Below are positions 27,399 to 37,787 of a stretch of 63,451 bases of DNA, piece by piece. A program made the translations under genes and the position numbers. Where the stretch lies: assembly GCA_012511885.1 (NCBI GenBank), contig JAAZFE010000124.1, positions 1-63,451 on the forward strand. The letters are read 5' to 3'. The notes under the pieces are model-generated. The model did not search any database, was not told where the DNA came from, and worked only from the letters and a program-made list of their open reading frames with translations. Source of the stretch: Lentisphaerota bacterium. Lineage in GTDB: Bacteria; Verrucomicrobiota; Kiritimatiellia; CAIQIC01; Lenti-01. Each line of letters opens with the position of its first letter. Position 1 is the stretch's first letter.

Positions 27399-27960
27399 CG
27401 TGGCTGACTTTACGATCACGAATACAGCGCGCGGGATTGCCGCCGACAATCTGCCCGGAAGGCACATCGTGCAAAGCGACCGCGCGCACCCCCACCACGG
27501 CATCCACACCAACGGTTATTCCAAGATGGATATAGGCCTCGGCACAAATCCAGGCCCCATCGTCAATCCGGATTGGTGCGATTTTAAGCGGCATATTGGG
27601 ATGATCCACCTCATGCGTTGCGGCACACAAGAAAGCACGCTGGCTGACTGTGGCATGGGCGCCGATCTCAATTCTTGCCACATTATACAAGTCCACACCG
27701 TGGCTGATGGTGGCATAATCACCCAGGGATAGATTCCAAGGCGCCCAGATGCGTACGGAGGGCATGAGTTGGACTCCACGCCCCACTTGAGCGCCAAACA
27801 GTCGCAAGAGACAACGGCGAGGGGCATGCCAAAACCAGGGCGACGGCCGAAAGAACAGCGCCCAAACCACTTGCCAGAGCAAACGCCCCATCTTGTTGGC
27901 TGCCGAGTGAGGACTCGGGCATGCCAGGCGATCAGTCCTAATCTGAGAGGGCTTGGTCAT
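27391..27960 (-). CDS. Hexapeptide-repeat O-acetyltransferase (WcaF-like)
   Basis: VRIWAPWNLSLGDYATISHGVDLYN...IDDGAWICAEAYIHLGITVG...VGGNPARCI. Confidence 0.85.
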   Translation of the reverse strand: MTKPSQIRTDRLACPSPHSAANKMGRLLWQVVWALFFRPSPWFWHAPRRCLLRLFGAQVGRGVQLMPSVRIWAPWNLSLGDYATISHGVDLYNVARIEIGAHATVSQRAFLCAATHEVDHPNMPLKIAPIRIDDGAWICAEAYIHLGITVGVDAVVGVRAVALHDVPSGQIVGGNPARCIRDRKVSHDG

Positions 27961-29390
27961 GATGATGTTGAATGAACCTCCGCTATAATGTTCGCTTCTA
28001 GCATATTGTTATTCTCGTCACAAGTCGCCCCATTTTCGGGTTGGTTTGAGCTCGAATCTCGATTGTTTCTCGCGTGTGACAGTAATAAACCCATGGTTAA
28101 TGCAAGGAGAAATACAACCAGAGGATCACCGTAAATTTGGGCGGACACCAATGCGGATGCTACATTGGCCACCAAAACAGAAAAGAGACCGGCAATCAAC
28201 GCGATGGCGCCATGCCCTTGCTTGAGCTTCACGACACGGTAGGCAGTAACAAACAACATGGCCCCGAACATCAAAAACAACAAGGTGCCGGGTACTCCCA
28301 GTTCGGCCATCATCTTGCTTGGACCGCTTTCCTGCCAGGCCCGCGGTATTTCCGCATTGGCAATATTGTGCACCCCCTGCTGTGTCACCCCCAAGCCATA
28401 TCCCCAAAATCCGGCCTGTTTCACCGTGCTCAAAACCGAGCCGATCCCATGTCGGTGAAGTTGTACGTCCACCTCTGTAAAGGCTGTCAGATAAAACCTC
28501 TCAACGGCTTCGTCATAAAAGATCGAAGAGATTAAATACCATCCCGAACTTAATACCATGACGATGGCGCCCAGCGTGGAAATGATTCTTTGGACGCGCG
28601 AAAAGCGAAACACCAAAAAGGTATAGCAACCCAAGAAAACCAGACTCATGGAAAACATTTTTCGCCGGCCACAGAGCCAGATATTCACCAGCGCCCAAAT
28701 GGCCAAGCCGACCCAAAGCCAGCGCGCGGCTCTCCGCCGACGAAAGGCAAGAATGATGGCGACCATGAAAGCAAAAGCGGCATGCCAGCCCATCACATCG
28801 GGGCTGCGAAAGAAACCCGCCCTCATGAAGACCGGCGCCCCCATGCGGTGGTGCACCCACACATGATCCAGAGCCTTGGTCCCGATGGCTGCCCAGGAAT
28901 CCCCTGCCCCCCAAACTTCCAGTGGCCCTCCCAACAGCATAATAGCCGCGGCAATGCCATACCAGGCCAACAGCCGTTCAATGGGAAAGCCCGGCAGAGG
29001 ATACTGCCAGCCGGCAACCATCACCAAAAACATGGTTACATACATGAACGCGCCCAGGATGGTGATCAACCAACTGTTGCGGCCATATGTGGCGGAAAGA
29101 GCGGCAGGAATCAGCAGGTAAGCCGCAAAGAGAAGCAGCCAGATATTTAGACGCGGAAAAGTGCGGCCAAATCGTTGAATGTTCAGCTGTTGGGTCAAGT
29201 GCGCCGAAGTGATGACCGCGAGCCAAATGGGCACGCTCGCGAGAACAATATAAGCCGGGGCGCCGGGAATCAGTTTCCGCAAGGGGTCCTGCAGCAAACC
29301 CATCAAAATGGCCGCGCTGATCCCCCAGCGCCAATTGAACAGGGCGAGCAGACAGGCAAGCCCGACCAGCAACAGGAGCAGATTCAGCAT
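27957..29390 (-). CDS. Polytopic membrane protein, putative polysaccharide polymerase (Wzy-like)
   Basis: At least 10 hydrophobic segments and no soluble domain. The ATG at 29390 gives a 7-nt overlap (ATGCTGA) with the upstream gene. The call rests on context and topology. Confidence 0.5.
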   Translation of the reverse strand: MLNLLLLLVGLACLLALFNWRWGISAAILMGLLQDPLRKLIPGAPAYIVLASVPIWLAVITSAHLTQQLNIQRFGRTFPRLNIWLLLFAAYLLIPAALSATYGRNSWLITILGAFMYVTMFLVMVAGWQYPLPGFPIERLLAWYGIAAAIMLLGGPLEVWGAGDSWAAIGTKALDHVWVHHRMGAPVFMRAGFFRSPDVMGWHAAFAFMVAIILAFRRRRAARWLWVGLAIWALVNIWLCGRRKMFSMSLVFLGCYTFLVFRFSRVQRIISTLGAIVMVLSSGWYLISSIFYDEAVERFYLTAFTEVDVQLHRHGIGSVLSTVKQAGFWGYGLGVTQQGVHNIANAEIPRAWQESGPSKMMAELGVPGTLLFLMFGAMLFVTAYRVVKLKQGHGAIALIAGLFSVLVANVASALVSAQIYGDPLVVFLLALTMGLLLSHARNNRDSSSNQPENGATCDENNNMLEANIIAEVHSTSS

Positions 29391-30568
29391 GATTCCCTCC
29401 CCGCGCAAACTCGCGCGGCTGACAAGATGCCTTGGATGGCTTCTTGATAGCTGAATGCCTGGATATGACGGCCGGCAGCTTCCCCCTGCTGAGCTGCCCG
29501 CTCAGGGGCATGCACATATTGCTCCAGAATCCTGGACAAGTCCCGGATATCGCCCAAGTCGAACGCGTGTCCCGTTTCTCCTTCAACAATCAAATCCGGG
29601 CAACACCCGACTGCGCGTGATACTACCGCGGGGCGACCTGAAGCCATGGCTTCGTTCACCACCAAACCCCATGTTTCACCGGCATCCGAGGGCAACACCA
29701 GCACATCCGCCGTCGCATAGACATCCGGCAGGCGCGACTGATTGACAAAACCGGTCAACACAGCGGTCACGCTCAGATCCTTCGCCATATGTTCACATTC
29801 TGCTCGCAGTTCACCATCGCCGGCAACCAGCATTTGAACCTGTGCGCGGGTTTCGGGAGGCAACCGGCCAATCGCCTTGAGCAAATCCAGCGGCCGTTTT
29901 TTTGGCATGAGCTTGCCACAAAATAAAAACACGGTGGCTTGGGGAGCCAAACCCAATCCGGCACGAATCTCAGAGCGACGCTCTGTGCGTGCGACAGCTT
30001 GGCTGGCAAAAAAAGCATTATCCACCACATAGGGCGCCCAAAAGATGCGCTCTTCCGGGCAGCGATGGAAACGATAAAAATCACGGTTAGCCGAGCCAAT
30101 GGCCAAATAACCCGCATACTGGCGGAGCAAAATGCGATGTAAAAGGTGCTTCCAAAGTGCGCGTGGCCGCAACAAATTGGCCTCGCCACGCACCAGACAA
30201 GGAACTCCCAGACGCCTGCAAGCCTGAAGCGCCTGCAGGCAGGTTTTGACTACCCACCCATTAACCAGCACCGCGTCAGGTTGAAAGGCCCGAAGCTGTT
30301 TCAAAATATCCGGGGTGTCGCAACCGTTGAAGCGCGAAACGGACGGTTGCTTGGCGCGGTTGGTCAACACGGTGTAGGGATAGCCATCCAGCAGAGGCAC
30401 ATCCCAGGCAAAAGAAACGCCAAAGTCGCCCCCCTGCTTGGCCGCGTCAGGCAGCATGGCATAAAACACATGCATATTGAGTTCAGGCTGCGCGGCCAGC
30501 CGCCGGAACAGCGGTGCTTTATATTGAATGGGGTGCGTCTCAACAATGGCCAGACGGATCGGTTTCAT
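29384..30568 (-). CDS. GT4-family glycosyltransferase
   Basis: VLVLPSDAGETWGLVVNEAMASGRPAVVSRAVGCCPDLIVEGETG. Confidence 0.85.
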   Translation of the reverse strand: MKPIRLAIVETHPIQYKAPLFRRLAAQPELNMHVFYAMLPDAAKQGGDFGVSFAWDVPLLDGYPYTVLTNRAKQPSVSRFNGCDTPDILKQLRAFQPDAVLVNGWVVKTCLQALQACRRLGVPCLVRGEANLLRPRALWKHLLHRILLRQYAGYLAIGSANRDFYRFHRCPEERIFWAPYVVDNAFFASQAVARTERRSEIRAGLGLAPQATVFLFCGKLMPKKRPLDLLKAIGRLPPETRAQVQMLVAGDGELRAECEHMAKDLSVTAVLTGFVNQSRLPDVYATADVLVLPSDAGETWGLVVNEAMASGRPAVVSRAVGCCPDLIVEGETGHAFDLGDIRDLSRILEQYVHAPERAAQQGEAAGRHIQAFSYQEAIQGILSAARVCAGRESC

Positions 30569-32874
30569 GGCCAGACCTCCCGGAGCCGTTGAGCAGCCAA
30601 GTTTTCACGCGCAACCAGAAAGTCCAAAACAGCCGAACAATCTACGTCCCCCCACCCTTGCATATATTCATGCAGTTCACGGACCGCCTGCTCAGGCTGT
30701 CGCAAAACTTCGCGCTGCCGTTGTGACAACCATAAGCCGGCAGCATCCGTTCCCTGTGGCGCGTCAGCCGAGGCGTTTTCCCAGTCAAATAGAAACAGCT
30801 TCCCCTGAGCATCCAAGAGCATATTGCCGGGTCCCAGATCACCGTGCGCGAAATCTGGAATCGACAAAGATTCCAAATGACGCAAAACGATGTGTCCCCA
30901 TTGCTCGATTTCTGCCTTGCTCAGGAAGGCCCCGGGGTTTGGAAAATTACTTAAAGCAAGGATGGTGCGTCCATTGGACCATAGTTTGGCAAAGAGCACC
31001 GCCGGTATTCCAAAAGGGTGTTCGTGACCGGTCAGTTGCCGCAACATCTCGGCCTCGTTGAACAGTTGTTTCAGGTTGAATTCGCCCGCGCCAATCTTGA
31101 TCACCCCTGCGCCACCACCCGGCACTTGGAATTGCACATAGATTCGGCGGCGCTCGACCCGTGCGGGCCAAGTCAACAGCCACTCCAGCGATTCCACGCT
31201 GAACAGAGCGCGCAACTCAGCCAACAAGGTCTCCAATTCGCCGGCGGACAGCAACTCGGCCACTTCGCAACGTTCTGGAGCCAGCCAGCGATCCAAACCG
31301 CAACGGGCAGCCCACTGAATCGCGCGAATCAACCAAACGCGCTTGGGTGTGGAGCGCGAATACAACGTCAACGCCCGCCAATGGGAATTGGCTGCTCCGG
31401 CCTCATAGGCCAATATCGGCCGGGATCCCACCGACCATTGCCGCCAACTCAGACGCTGCCCCAAACCCAAAGTTGCCCATATTTCATGTTGTCCGGCTGT
31501 CACTATGGACTCGATCCCAGCCCGGCCATCCAAGCAACGGGCAAATGGATACCGCTCGACCAATGTGGCCAGGATCTCCTGCTCGCAAATAATTTCGGCC
31601 ACGGTCAGCTCGGGTTTGCGGGCATAAATGTGTTCCGGGTCATCGGCAAGGCAAAGCAGCAAATCCGGTTTGGGTATCATAAAGAGCAGCGCCCGCAAGA
31701 CCCATTGGGGGCACCGGCGATGACCGAGTTGATAAAAGTAATCGAAAAACGAACGGTCCATGATGACCAGCGCCCACTGACTGCGCCAACGGCGTATCAG
31801 CAATCGGGCCAGACACAGGTCCAGCGCGTAATAACCCGCGAGGGCAACGGATTTCCATGCCGGCAGCGGCTCCATCATACCTTTGAGCATGTCCGGCTCG
31901 GCGGTTGGCGGGTGCGCGGGCAAGCCGAACAGCCGACGCAAAGCCGCGCGCATGTCGCGAAACCGTGGCAGAACACCAACATGGCCATGGACATATCGGC
32001 AGGCCTTGAATGGGCGTTTATAGGTTGAACGAAACAGACCCTCAGCCAACGTTGTTTTTCCGGAACCATCGGCTCCCGCCAAACTCACAACACGCCCGAG
32101 CGCCGGGCGGAACAAGTGTCGGATATTTTGCAGCAGCATGTCGGCGACAGCGAGCCATCTGGTTGGTGTGCGATCGTGGATTGCGCGCCGAAGATCACGG
32201 AGCTGCTCTGGCGTCAGAACCCAGATACCCTGTTGGACCAGTTCCACAATGATGGCCCCCAGCTCTTTGCCAGCGGCCACCGAAAGCGTGTCACGGAACG
32301 AATCGGGGTCTCTCGCGGTATCTTGCCGGAGAGATTCGCGTGAGTTCTCCTTCAATTTCCCGTGAGGCACCCACTCTTTCAACAAGGTAATCGCCGCCTC
32401 CATCCCCGTCGGCAACATCCAAATGCCCTGCCCGTTCCGTAGGCGCTGGCTCAGCACATGTCCGGCATCCAAAAGACGCAAGCCCCGGTACTCGAGTGCC
32501 GTAAAAACATCCAGCGGCAGAAAAAAATAGTCGCCTTCCGGCATATTGAGATAAAGCATGATGCATTGATAGTGGCGCTTCGTTATCCGCCCCAGCACTT
32601 GCCAGCCTGTTTCCGCCAGGCAGGTTTTTAAAATATTCTCAAAAACCGGCAACTGCTCTGCCGCGAGAAGCAGATCAAGGTCATAACGGGTGTACGCAGG
32701 CAACCCGTCGGCATTGCGCAGCACGCACCATGCAATATCAGCCTCATCCAGTTTGGCGGCCAGAAGGCGAATCAAAGGCTCAATGGGCTGAGACCGACCG
32801 GGCGGATTTTCGCCCAAGTTCGGGGGCAGACTCAGCCAACCGGGTTGCATCTGGATCTTGGCCTTCGCGTCCAT
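30565..32874 (-). CDS. Three-domain fusion: N-terminal nucleotidyltransferase-like region + P-loop (Walker A) kinase-like domain + C-terminal APH/choline-kinase-type phosphotransferase domain
   Basis: N-terminal YDLDLLLAAEQL. Middle LAGADGSGKTTLAEGL (about aa 265). C-terminal HGDLGPGNMLLDAQGKLFLFDWENA (about aa 676). Confidence 0.6.
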   Translation of the reverse strand: MDAKAKIQMQPGWLSLPPNLGENPPGRSQPIEPLIRLLAAKLDEADIAWCVLRNADGLPAYTRYDLDLLLAAEQLPVFENILKTCLAETGWQVLGRITKRHYQCIMLYLNMPEGDYFFLPLDVFTALEYRGLRLLDAGHVLSQRLRNGQGIWMLPTGMEAAITLLKEWVPHGKLKENSRESLRQDTARDPDSFRDTLSVAAGKELGAIIVELVQQGIWVLTPEQLRDLRRAIHDRTPTRWLAVADMLLQNIRHLFRPALGRVVSLAGADGSGKTTLAEGLFRSTYKRPFKACRYVHGHVGVLPRFRDMRAALRRLFGLPAHPPTAEPDMLKGMMEPLPAWKSVALAGYYALDLCLARLLIRRWRSQWALVIMDRSFFDYFYQLGHRRCPQWVLRALLFMIPKPDLLLCLADDPEHIYARKPELTVAEIICEQEILATLVERYPFARCLDGRAGIESIVTAGQHEIWATLGLGQRLSWRQWSVGSRPILAYEAGAANSHWRALTLYSRSTPKRVWLIRAIQWAARCGLDRWLAPERCEVAELLSAGELETLLAELRALFSVESLEWLLTWPARVERRRIYVQFQVPGGGAGVIKIGAGEFNLKQLFNEAEMLRQLTGHEHPFGIPAVLFAKLWSNGRTILALSNFPNPGAFLSKAEIEQWGHIVLRHLESLSIPDFAHGDLGPGNMLLDAQGKLFLFDWENASADAPQGTDAAGLWLSQRQREVLRQPEQAVRELHEYMQGWGDVDCSAVLDFLVARENLAAQRLREVWP

Positions 32875-32877
32875 GCT

Positions 32878-34017
32878 TCAGTTCTTATGGTATGAAATGA
32901 AATGAGTTTCCGCCCGCTCATATACCTTTAGCAAGCCCTCGGCCAAACGCTCGTGTGTAAAGCGAGCAGCCTGAGCACGGCCGGCCGCCGTCAGACGCGC
33001 GCGCAATATGGGATCGTGCAGAAGGCTGCCGCAATGCGCGGCAAGTCCGGCCACATCAGTCGGCGGGGCCAACAAGGCGGCATCACCCACTATTTCGGGC
33101 AGTGAAGCCACATCGGAACAGACCACTGGACAACCGCAACTCATGGCTTCGAGGGGTGGCCAGCCAAAGCCCTCATACAGACTCGGAAATAAAAACAAGG
33201 CGGCGCCGCGATACAAGGCGGCCAGCTCGGACTCGGTCACATCCGGCAGAAACTCGACACCCTCCGGCCTGTTTGAACTCTGCAATACTTCCCGCATCGC
33301 CGCATCAGGCGGCGGCCCGATCAGTTTGAGGTCAACTGAAAAACTTCGCCTTACTTCATTGAACACGCGAACAACCCCCGGGCGGTTTTTATAAAAATTA
33401 TTATTCCCCGCGACATGCAGAAGATAGGGTTTCGCGTTGGGCTCACAATCTGCCGTATTGGCCGAAGCCGTCAATTCCGGCACTGCGGAGTGGACCACTG
33501 AGACTTGTTCGGGGGGTATCCGGGACAGGCGCAGGACGTCGGCGCGTGAGTTCTCGCTGACGGTCATGAGATGGTCGGCACGAGCGAGACTCCGAATGGC
33601 CCGTTGTGTGATCCAGGCCGCGCCACGCCCCGGGCGCGGCCCCGAAATATGGCCGCGAAGACACAGTGCCGGGATCAAGTCGTGTACGGCAATCACCAGA
33701 GGAACCCGCAGCGCACCCGTGGCAGCAAGCAGATAGGCATGGCTGCCATCCAAAAGGTGCAAGAGCCCGTCGCGGACCTGGGGCAGCAGACGGCGAGCAT
33801 TGAGGACGATGGCCGCATAGCGCACAGGTTCGCGCAAGCGCGCCGGGAACCGCCGAAGCCAAGCCAGAGGCGGCGACAGTTGCAGCTCTTCAACGGTGCA
33901 GGTGGCGCTGGCGTGGCATTCCAGTGCGGTGCGAATCATCGCCCCATAACGCACCATGCTGCCGTGTACCCGATCGGAGGGAACCGTGCTGACTAAAATG
34001 ACGCGGAGGGGGTTCAT
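32878..34017 (-). CDS. GT4-family glycosyltransferase
   Basis: LFLFPSLYEGFGWPPLEAMSCGCPVVCSDVASLPEIVGDAALL. Confidence 0.85.
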   Translation of the reverse strand: MNPLRVILVSTVPSDRVHGSMVRYGAMIRTALECHASATCTVEELQLSPPLAWLRRFPARLREPVRYAAIVLNARRLLPQVRDGLLHLLDGSHAYLLAATGALRVPLVIAVHDLIPALCLRGHISGPRPGRGAAWITQRAIRSLARADHLMTVSENSRADVLRLSRIPPEQVSVVHSAVPELTASANTADCEPNAKPYLLHVAGNNNFYKNRPGVVRVFNEVRRSFSVDLKLIGPPPDAAMREVLQSSNRPEGVEFLPDVTESELAALYRGAALFLFPSLYEGFGWPPLEAMSCGCPVVCSDVASLPEIVGDAALLAPPTDVAGLAAHCGSLLHDPILRARLTAAGRAQAARFTHERLAEGLLKVYERAETHFISYHKN

Positions 34018-34946
34018 CTGGCTGTGTCAATCAACCGAGGTCCGGCCCGATAAAGGCGGCGCGCCAGCAACATGGCGCGCAGTTCGCCAATCAGTTTTAC
34101 AGGAATCCACCAAGGGTGGGTCAGGTGGAACTTGGTGCGTACTTCCCGAAAAGGGCGGCGCACAAATTGCCAGAGCCGGTCTGCGCCTTGCCCCTGCTGC
34201 AACATATAGTAATAGGCGCCCACGCTGTGGAGTGGCGAAACGCTGGCCAAGTGCTGACCGCGGGAGCGAGTGCCCCCACTACCCGCACGCAGGTGTCGGA
34301 TTGAGGCGGACGGCTCATACCAAATTCGGCCTCCGGCAGCGCAAAGGCGCTTCGCAAATTCTGTTTCAAAGCGATAGGATACCGGGGGGATAAAGTTTTC
34401 GTCAAAGCCGCCGAGTTCTAAAAAGCGGGTTCGCTTCACGGAGCAATTTCCCGCCATGAGATTCGTCACCCAGGCCGGGGCATCTTGAGAAAAGTTGAAA
34501 TCCAAGTCCCGAGTTAACGGGGAACGGTATTTCCTCCGTCGATTTTCAGGTGGCCCTTCCGGTTGGTTGATCTGCCCCACCACGGCCCAGGCATCCGGAT
34601 GCTCCGCATGAGCAGTGCTGTGAGCGACAATCAGATCAATGCCCGGCACAAGGTCGTCATCGAGAAACAACACCACCTCATGTTGTGCCGCGAGCGCACC
34701 GGTATTCATGGCCCGTGGAATGGAAGGCGGTGAAACACGCAGCCAGTGGATCCGCTCTGCCGTCACCCAAGACTGCAATTGCTCTTCGATTTCCGGTGAA
34801 TGTTGTTCCGTTTGATCCACTAGGATGATTTCTGCGGGCGGCGATGTCAGCTGCAACAGATGCTGCACCGTATCCAGCAGGATATCCCCACGTCGGTAGG
34901 TGGGAATCACCACGGAAACAAGACGAGTTGTCAGCACAGGTTGCAT
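34014..34946 (-). CDS. GT2-family glycosyltransferase
   Basis: VSVVIPTYRRGDILLDTVQHLL...IILVDQ...FLDDD. Start at the internal ATG, 5 nt after the upstream stop. Confidence 0.8.
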   Translation of the reverse strand: MQPVLTTRLVSVVIPTYRRGDILLDTVQHLLQLTSPPAEIILVDQTEQHSPEIEEQLQSWVTAERIHWLRVSPPSIPRAMNTGALAAQHEVVLFLDDDLVPGIDLIVAHSTAHAEHPDAWAVVGQINQPEGPPENRRRKYRSPLTRDLDFNFSQDAPAWVTNLMAGNCSVKRTRFLELGGFDENFIPPVSYRFETEFAKRLCAAGGRIWYEPSASIRHLRAGSGGTRSRGQHLASVSPLHSVGAYYYMLQQGQGADRLWQFVRRPFREVRTKFHLTHPWWIPVKLIGELRAMLLARRLYRAGPRLIDTAR

Positions 34947-34951
34947 AACGG

Positions 34952-35911
34952 TTAGATTGGCATGAAATGGCGACGACGCCAAACAGCCTGTGACAATCGC
35001 AGAAGAGCGCGCAGAGACCAGGGGCGACAAGCCAGGGCTTGGCGAAGATAAGGCACAGCTTGCCGGGGATTGTTCCGCAAGAGACAAGCTCCAATAAAAT
35101 AATTTCCCGCAAAATATTGTTGGGGAAGGTCTTTGTCTGCATGAATCGCCTGACTGAGTTGTTCCGCTTGGGCAAGATAGGTCTCATCGGCTTTCCCCCG
35201 ACTGCGCGCAGCCGACGCGGCCTGAATCAGACGCCGAAACTCAACCTGCCGCTTGATGGCATGAGCCGAAATGGAATCCGGCGAGAAGGTGTAGGCATAC
35301 AGCACCTCCGGGATGGAAACCACGCGACCATGGGCGGCCAAACGCATGCGCAAATCCAAATCTTGGGCATAGTAAAATTGCGGGCGGTACCCCCCAACCG
35401 CCTCATAGGCGTGGCGCGAACAAAACAGGCTGCCATGAGGCCCTATGTTTTGTCCATCACACAATATTCTTTTTCGAAATTCGTCCGGCCCGGTTGGAGG
35501 CAGGACGGAAAACATAAATTCCTGTCCGGGGGCACGACATTCCGCGCCGCAGCCGACCATAATCGGCTTGTCAGCTTGCAAGGCGCGGTTCAGTTGGGCT
35601 TTAAGGCGTCCAAGCAAGGAAATGTCATCGGCATCCTGCCGTGCGATCCAGGGCGCGGTGGCCAAAGCGCAACCGGTGATCAAGGCACGGGTCAGCCCCG
35701 TGTTTTCCTGGTGAACAATTCGCAAACGCGAGTCTTGGCGAGCGGCCTCGTCCAAGATGGCGGCAGACCCATCTGTAGAACCATCATTCATCACAATGAA
35801 TTCGAGCGTGACCCCCTCTTGAGTCAGAATACTGTTCAACGCTGCTGGCAGGGTCTCCGCGTTATTGTACACGCTCATGACCACGGAGATATCTGGGGGT
35901 TGCCGGATCAT
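34952..35911 (-). CDS. GT2-family glycosyltransferase
   Basis: ISVVMSVYNNAETLPAALNSILTQ...FIVMNDGSTDGS...RQDADD. The ATG at 35911 forms an ATGA overlap. Confidence 0.85.
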   Translation of the reverse strand: MIRQPPDISVVMSVYNNAETLPAALNSILTQEGVTLEFIVMNDGSTDGSAAILDEAARQDSRLRIVHQENTGLTRALITGCALATAPWIARQDADDISLLGRLKAQLNRALQADKPIMVGCGAECRAPGQEFMFSVLPPTGPDEFRKRILCDGQNIGPHGSLFCSRHAYEAVGGYRPQFYYAQDLDLRMRLAAHGRVVSIPEVLYAYTFSPDSISAHAIKRQVEFRRLIQAASAARSRGKADETYLAQAEQLSQAIHADKDLPQQYFAGNYFIGACLLRNNPRQAVPYLRQALACRPWSLRALLRLSQAVWRRRHFMPI

Positions 35912-36930
35912 GGTTGGTGGTGAGAGTGATTTGCCCATGATTGCCGCAATGTGTCCGGCCCGACACCGCGAGACACGGTTCGCTTATACCATTCGCTAAC
36001 GATTGCGGTCATCCGCCAGCCCACTACGCGGCTGAGCCGGCGATAGATTTGCAGTTCGCGCGAAGAATGATCTGTGCATTCCTCCGCCAAGGCCAACAGC
36101 GTCTTGGCCGCGGCAATGTCACCGCGGCGGGCAACCTGGCGGGCTGCCGCAAAAACCCACCGGCCAAAATGCTTCATTTCCGGAGCATCCGCGGTCACAC
36201 CCGACGCTTGGGCGGCTCGAAACAAAGCTGTGAAAAAACGGACTTGGTCAGATGGCACCAACCATTTTCCATGTTGTGTCTGACGGACACCGCTGTGATA
36301 CCGGTGATGACTGACCGGCTGATCGACAAAAGCCAGTTGTACATTGAGCGCGCCGGCCCGGGCGTCATATTCCCAGTCCTGCGAATAGCGCAAATCACTC
36401 CACGGACCGATCTGATCGCACAGGGTCCGGCGATACAGCGGGGTATGCGTGCACCACCAGCGGTCAACCAGCAGCCCCGGGAAAAGCTGTGGAAGTTCCC
36501 GGCCGGTCCACTTGAACGGCGAAACCAAAATGTTGTTTTGTTCATCCACCAGGCGCGTCATGCCGTAGGCAATCGCGCACTCGGGATGCTGGCGCAACGC
36601 CGCAATCTGCAGGCTGAATTTGTCTGGCAGCAGCAGGTCATCGCTATCGAGATACTGAATGAATTCGCCGCGAGCCGCCTGCCGGCCGGCTTCGCGCGCT
36701 GGACCTGGACCACGCGGAGGCAGATGAAGGGCACAGATTTGTTCGGGCCAACGGGCAGCAAGGTCAGCAACCAACTTTTCAGTGCCATCGGTCGAGCCGT
36801 CATCGCAAAGCAGTATTTCCACCGGAGAGTGGCTTTGATTCAGGGCGCTTTGCACCGCATCAGGCAACCACCGGGACCGATTGCGCACAGGAATGACCAC
36901 GCTGACGAGATTAGGCACAACTTCGCTCAT
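35908..36930 (-). CDS. GT2-family glycosyltransferase
   Basis: VSVVIPVRNRSRWLPDAVQSALNQ...LLCDDGSTDGT...YLDSDD. ATGA overlap at 36927-36930. Confidence 0.85.
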   Translation of the reverse strand: MSEVVPNLVSVVIPVRNRSRWLPDAVQSALNQSHSPVEILLCDDGSTDGTEKLVADLAARWPEQICALHLPPRGPGPAREAGRQAARGEFIQYLDSDDLLLPDKFSLQIAALRQHPECAIAYGMTRLVDEQNNILVSPFKWTGRELPQLFPGLLVDRWWCTHTPLYRRTLCDQIGPWSDLRYSQDWEYDARAGALNVQLAFVDQPVSHHRYHSGVRQTQHGKWLVPSDQVRFFTALFRAAQASGVTADAPEMKHFGRWVFAAARQVARRGDIAAAKTLLALAEECTDHSSRELQIYRRLSRVVGWRMTAIVSEWYKRTVSRGVGPDTLRQSWANHSHHQP

Positions 36931-37787
36931 GGCAACCTTCCCATTCGGCGTCCCATTCGATTGCCCAGAAAAAAGAACCAGCGTTCCAGCCACATCACCA
37001 TCCAAACGCGCGGCCATGACGCCCGCACGCCGACAGGCAGCCGGCCTTGCATTTCCCGGGCGGGACGCACTCCCGGCCTCCAGGGCCACGGCACGGCGGG
37101 CGCGCCGGTTTGCGCCTGGCCCCTGGCGATCCGAAAGGCGCGCCGCAAATAGCCCCATGTGCTGATATCGCACCGATGCACCACCACGGCCCGCCCGGCA
37201 TAGGGCACGGGCCGGCGTTCGGGATTGGCCCGCAACGAGAACTCTCCATCCGCGCCGGATTGAATGGGCAGGAACAGGCCAAACCGATCGAACGCTTCGC
37301 GCGTGACCAGCATATTGCCTCCGGAAAGACGGCCGGTTTGTTCCATGGATGCGTGCCGAAACTCGGCCGGCCGGGCCAAAGCCAACAAGGCACTGCCAAG
37401 CGTGGGACGGGTCACTTCATTTTCGATGCGCCCCCCCACCAGCCAGAAGTCGGCCGCTTGGGCCGTATGAACCATTTCGGCGATCCATTCCGGGACCGGC
37501 ACGGTGTCCGCGTCCAAAAACAGCAAATATTTTCCAGAGGAGGCGGCAATGCCCCGATTCCTAGCTCGATAGGCAGACGCCACTGGTTCACGAAGACGCT
37601 CGACGGAGGCCTGTTCAAGGATCGCCCAACTGCCATCGGTCGAGCCATTGTCCACCACAATGATTTGGGTTTTCTCGCGAGGATAGGTCTGGCGCTCCAA
37701 ACCGGCAAGAACATGCGGCAAACTAGCGGCTTCGTTGCGGCAAGGAATGATGACCGATACCGGGGGATGGTCAGACGCGCCGGTCAT
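36927..37787 (-). CDS. GT2-family glycosyltransferase
   Basis: VSVIIPCRNEAASLPHVLAGLERQ...IVVDNGSTDGS...FLDADT. ATGA overlap at 37784-37787. Confidence 0.85.
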   Translation of the reverse strand: MTGASDHPPVSVIIPCRNEAASLPHVLAGLERQTYPREKTQIIVVDNGSTDGSWAILEQASVERLREPVASAYRARNRGIAASSGKYLLFLDADTVPVPEWIAEMVHTAQAADFWLVGGRIENEVTRPTLGSALLALARPAEFRHASMEQTGRLSGGNMLVTREAFDRFGLFLPIQSGADGEFSLRANPERRPVPYAGRAVVVHRCDISTWGYLRRAFRIARGQAQTGAPAVPWPWRPGVRPAREMQGRLPVGVRASWPRVWMVMWLERWFFFLGNRMGRRMGRLP

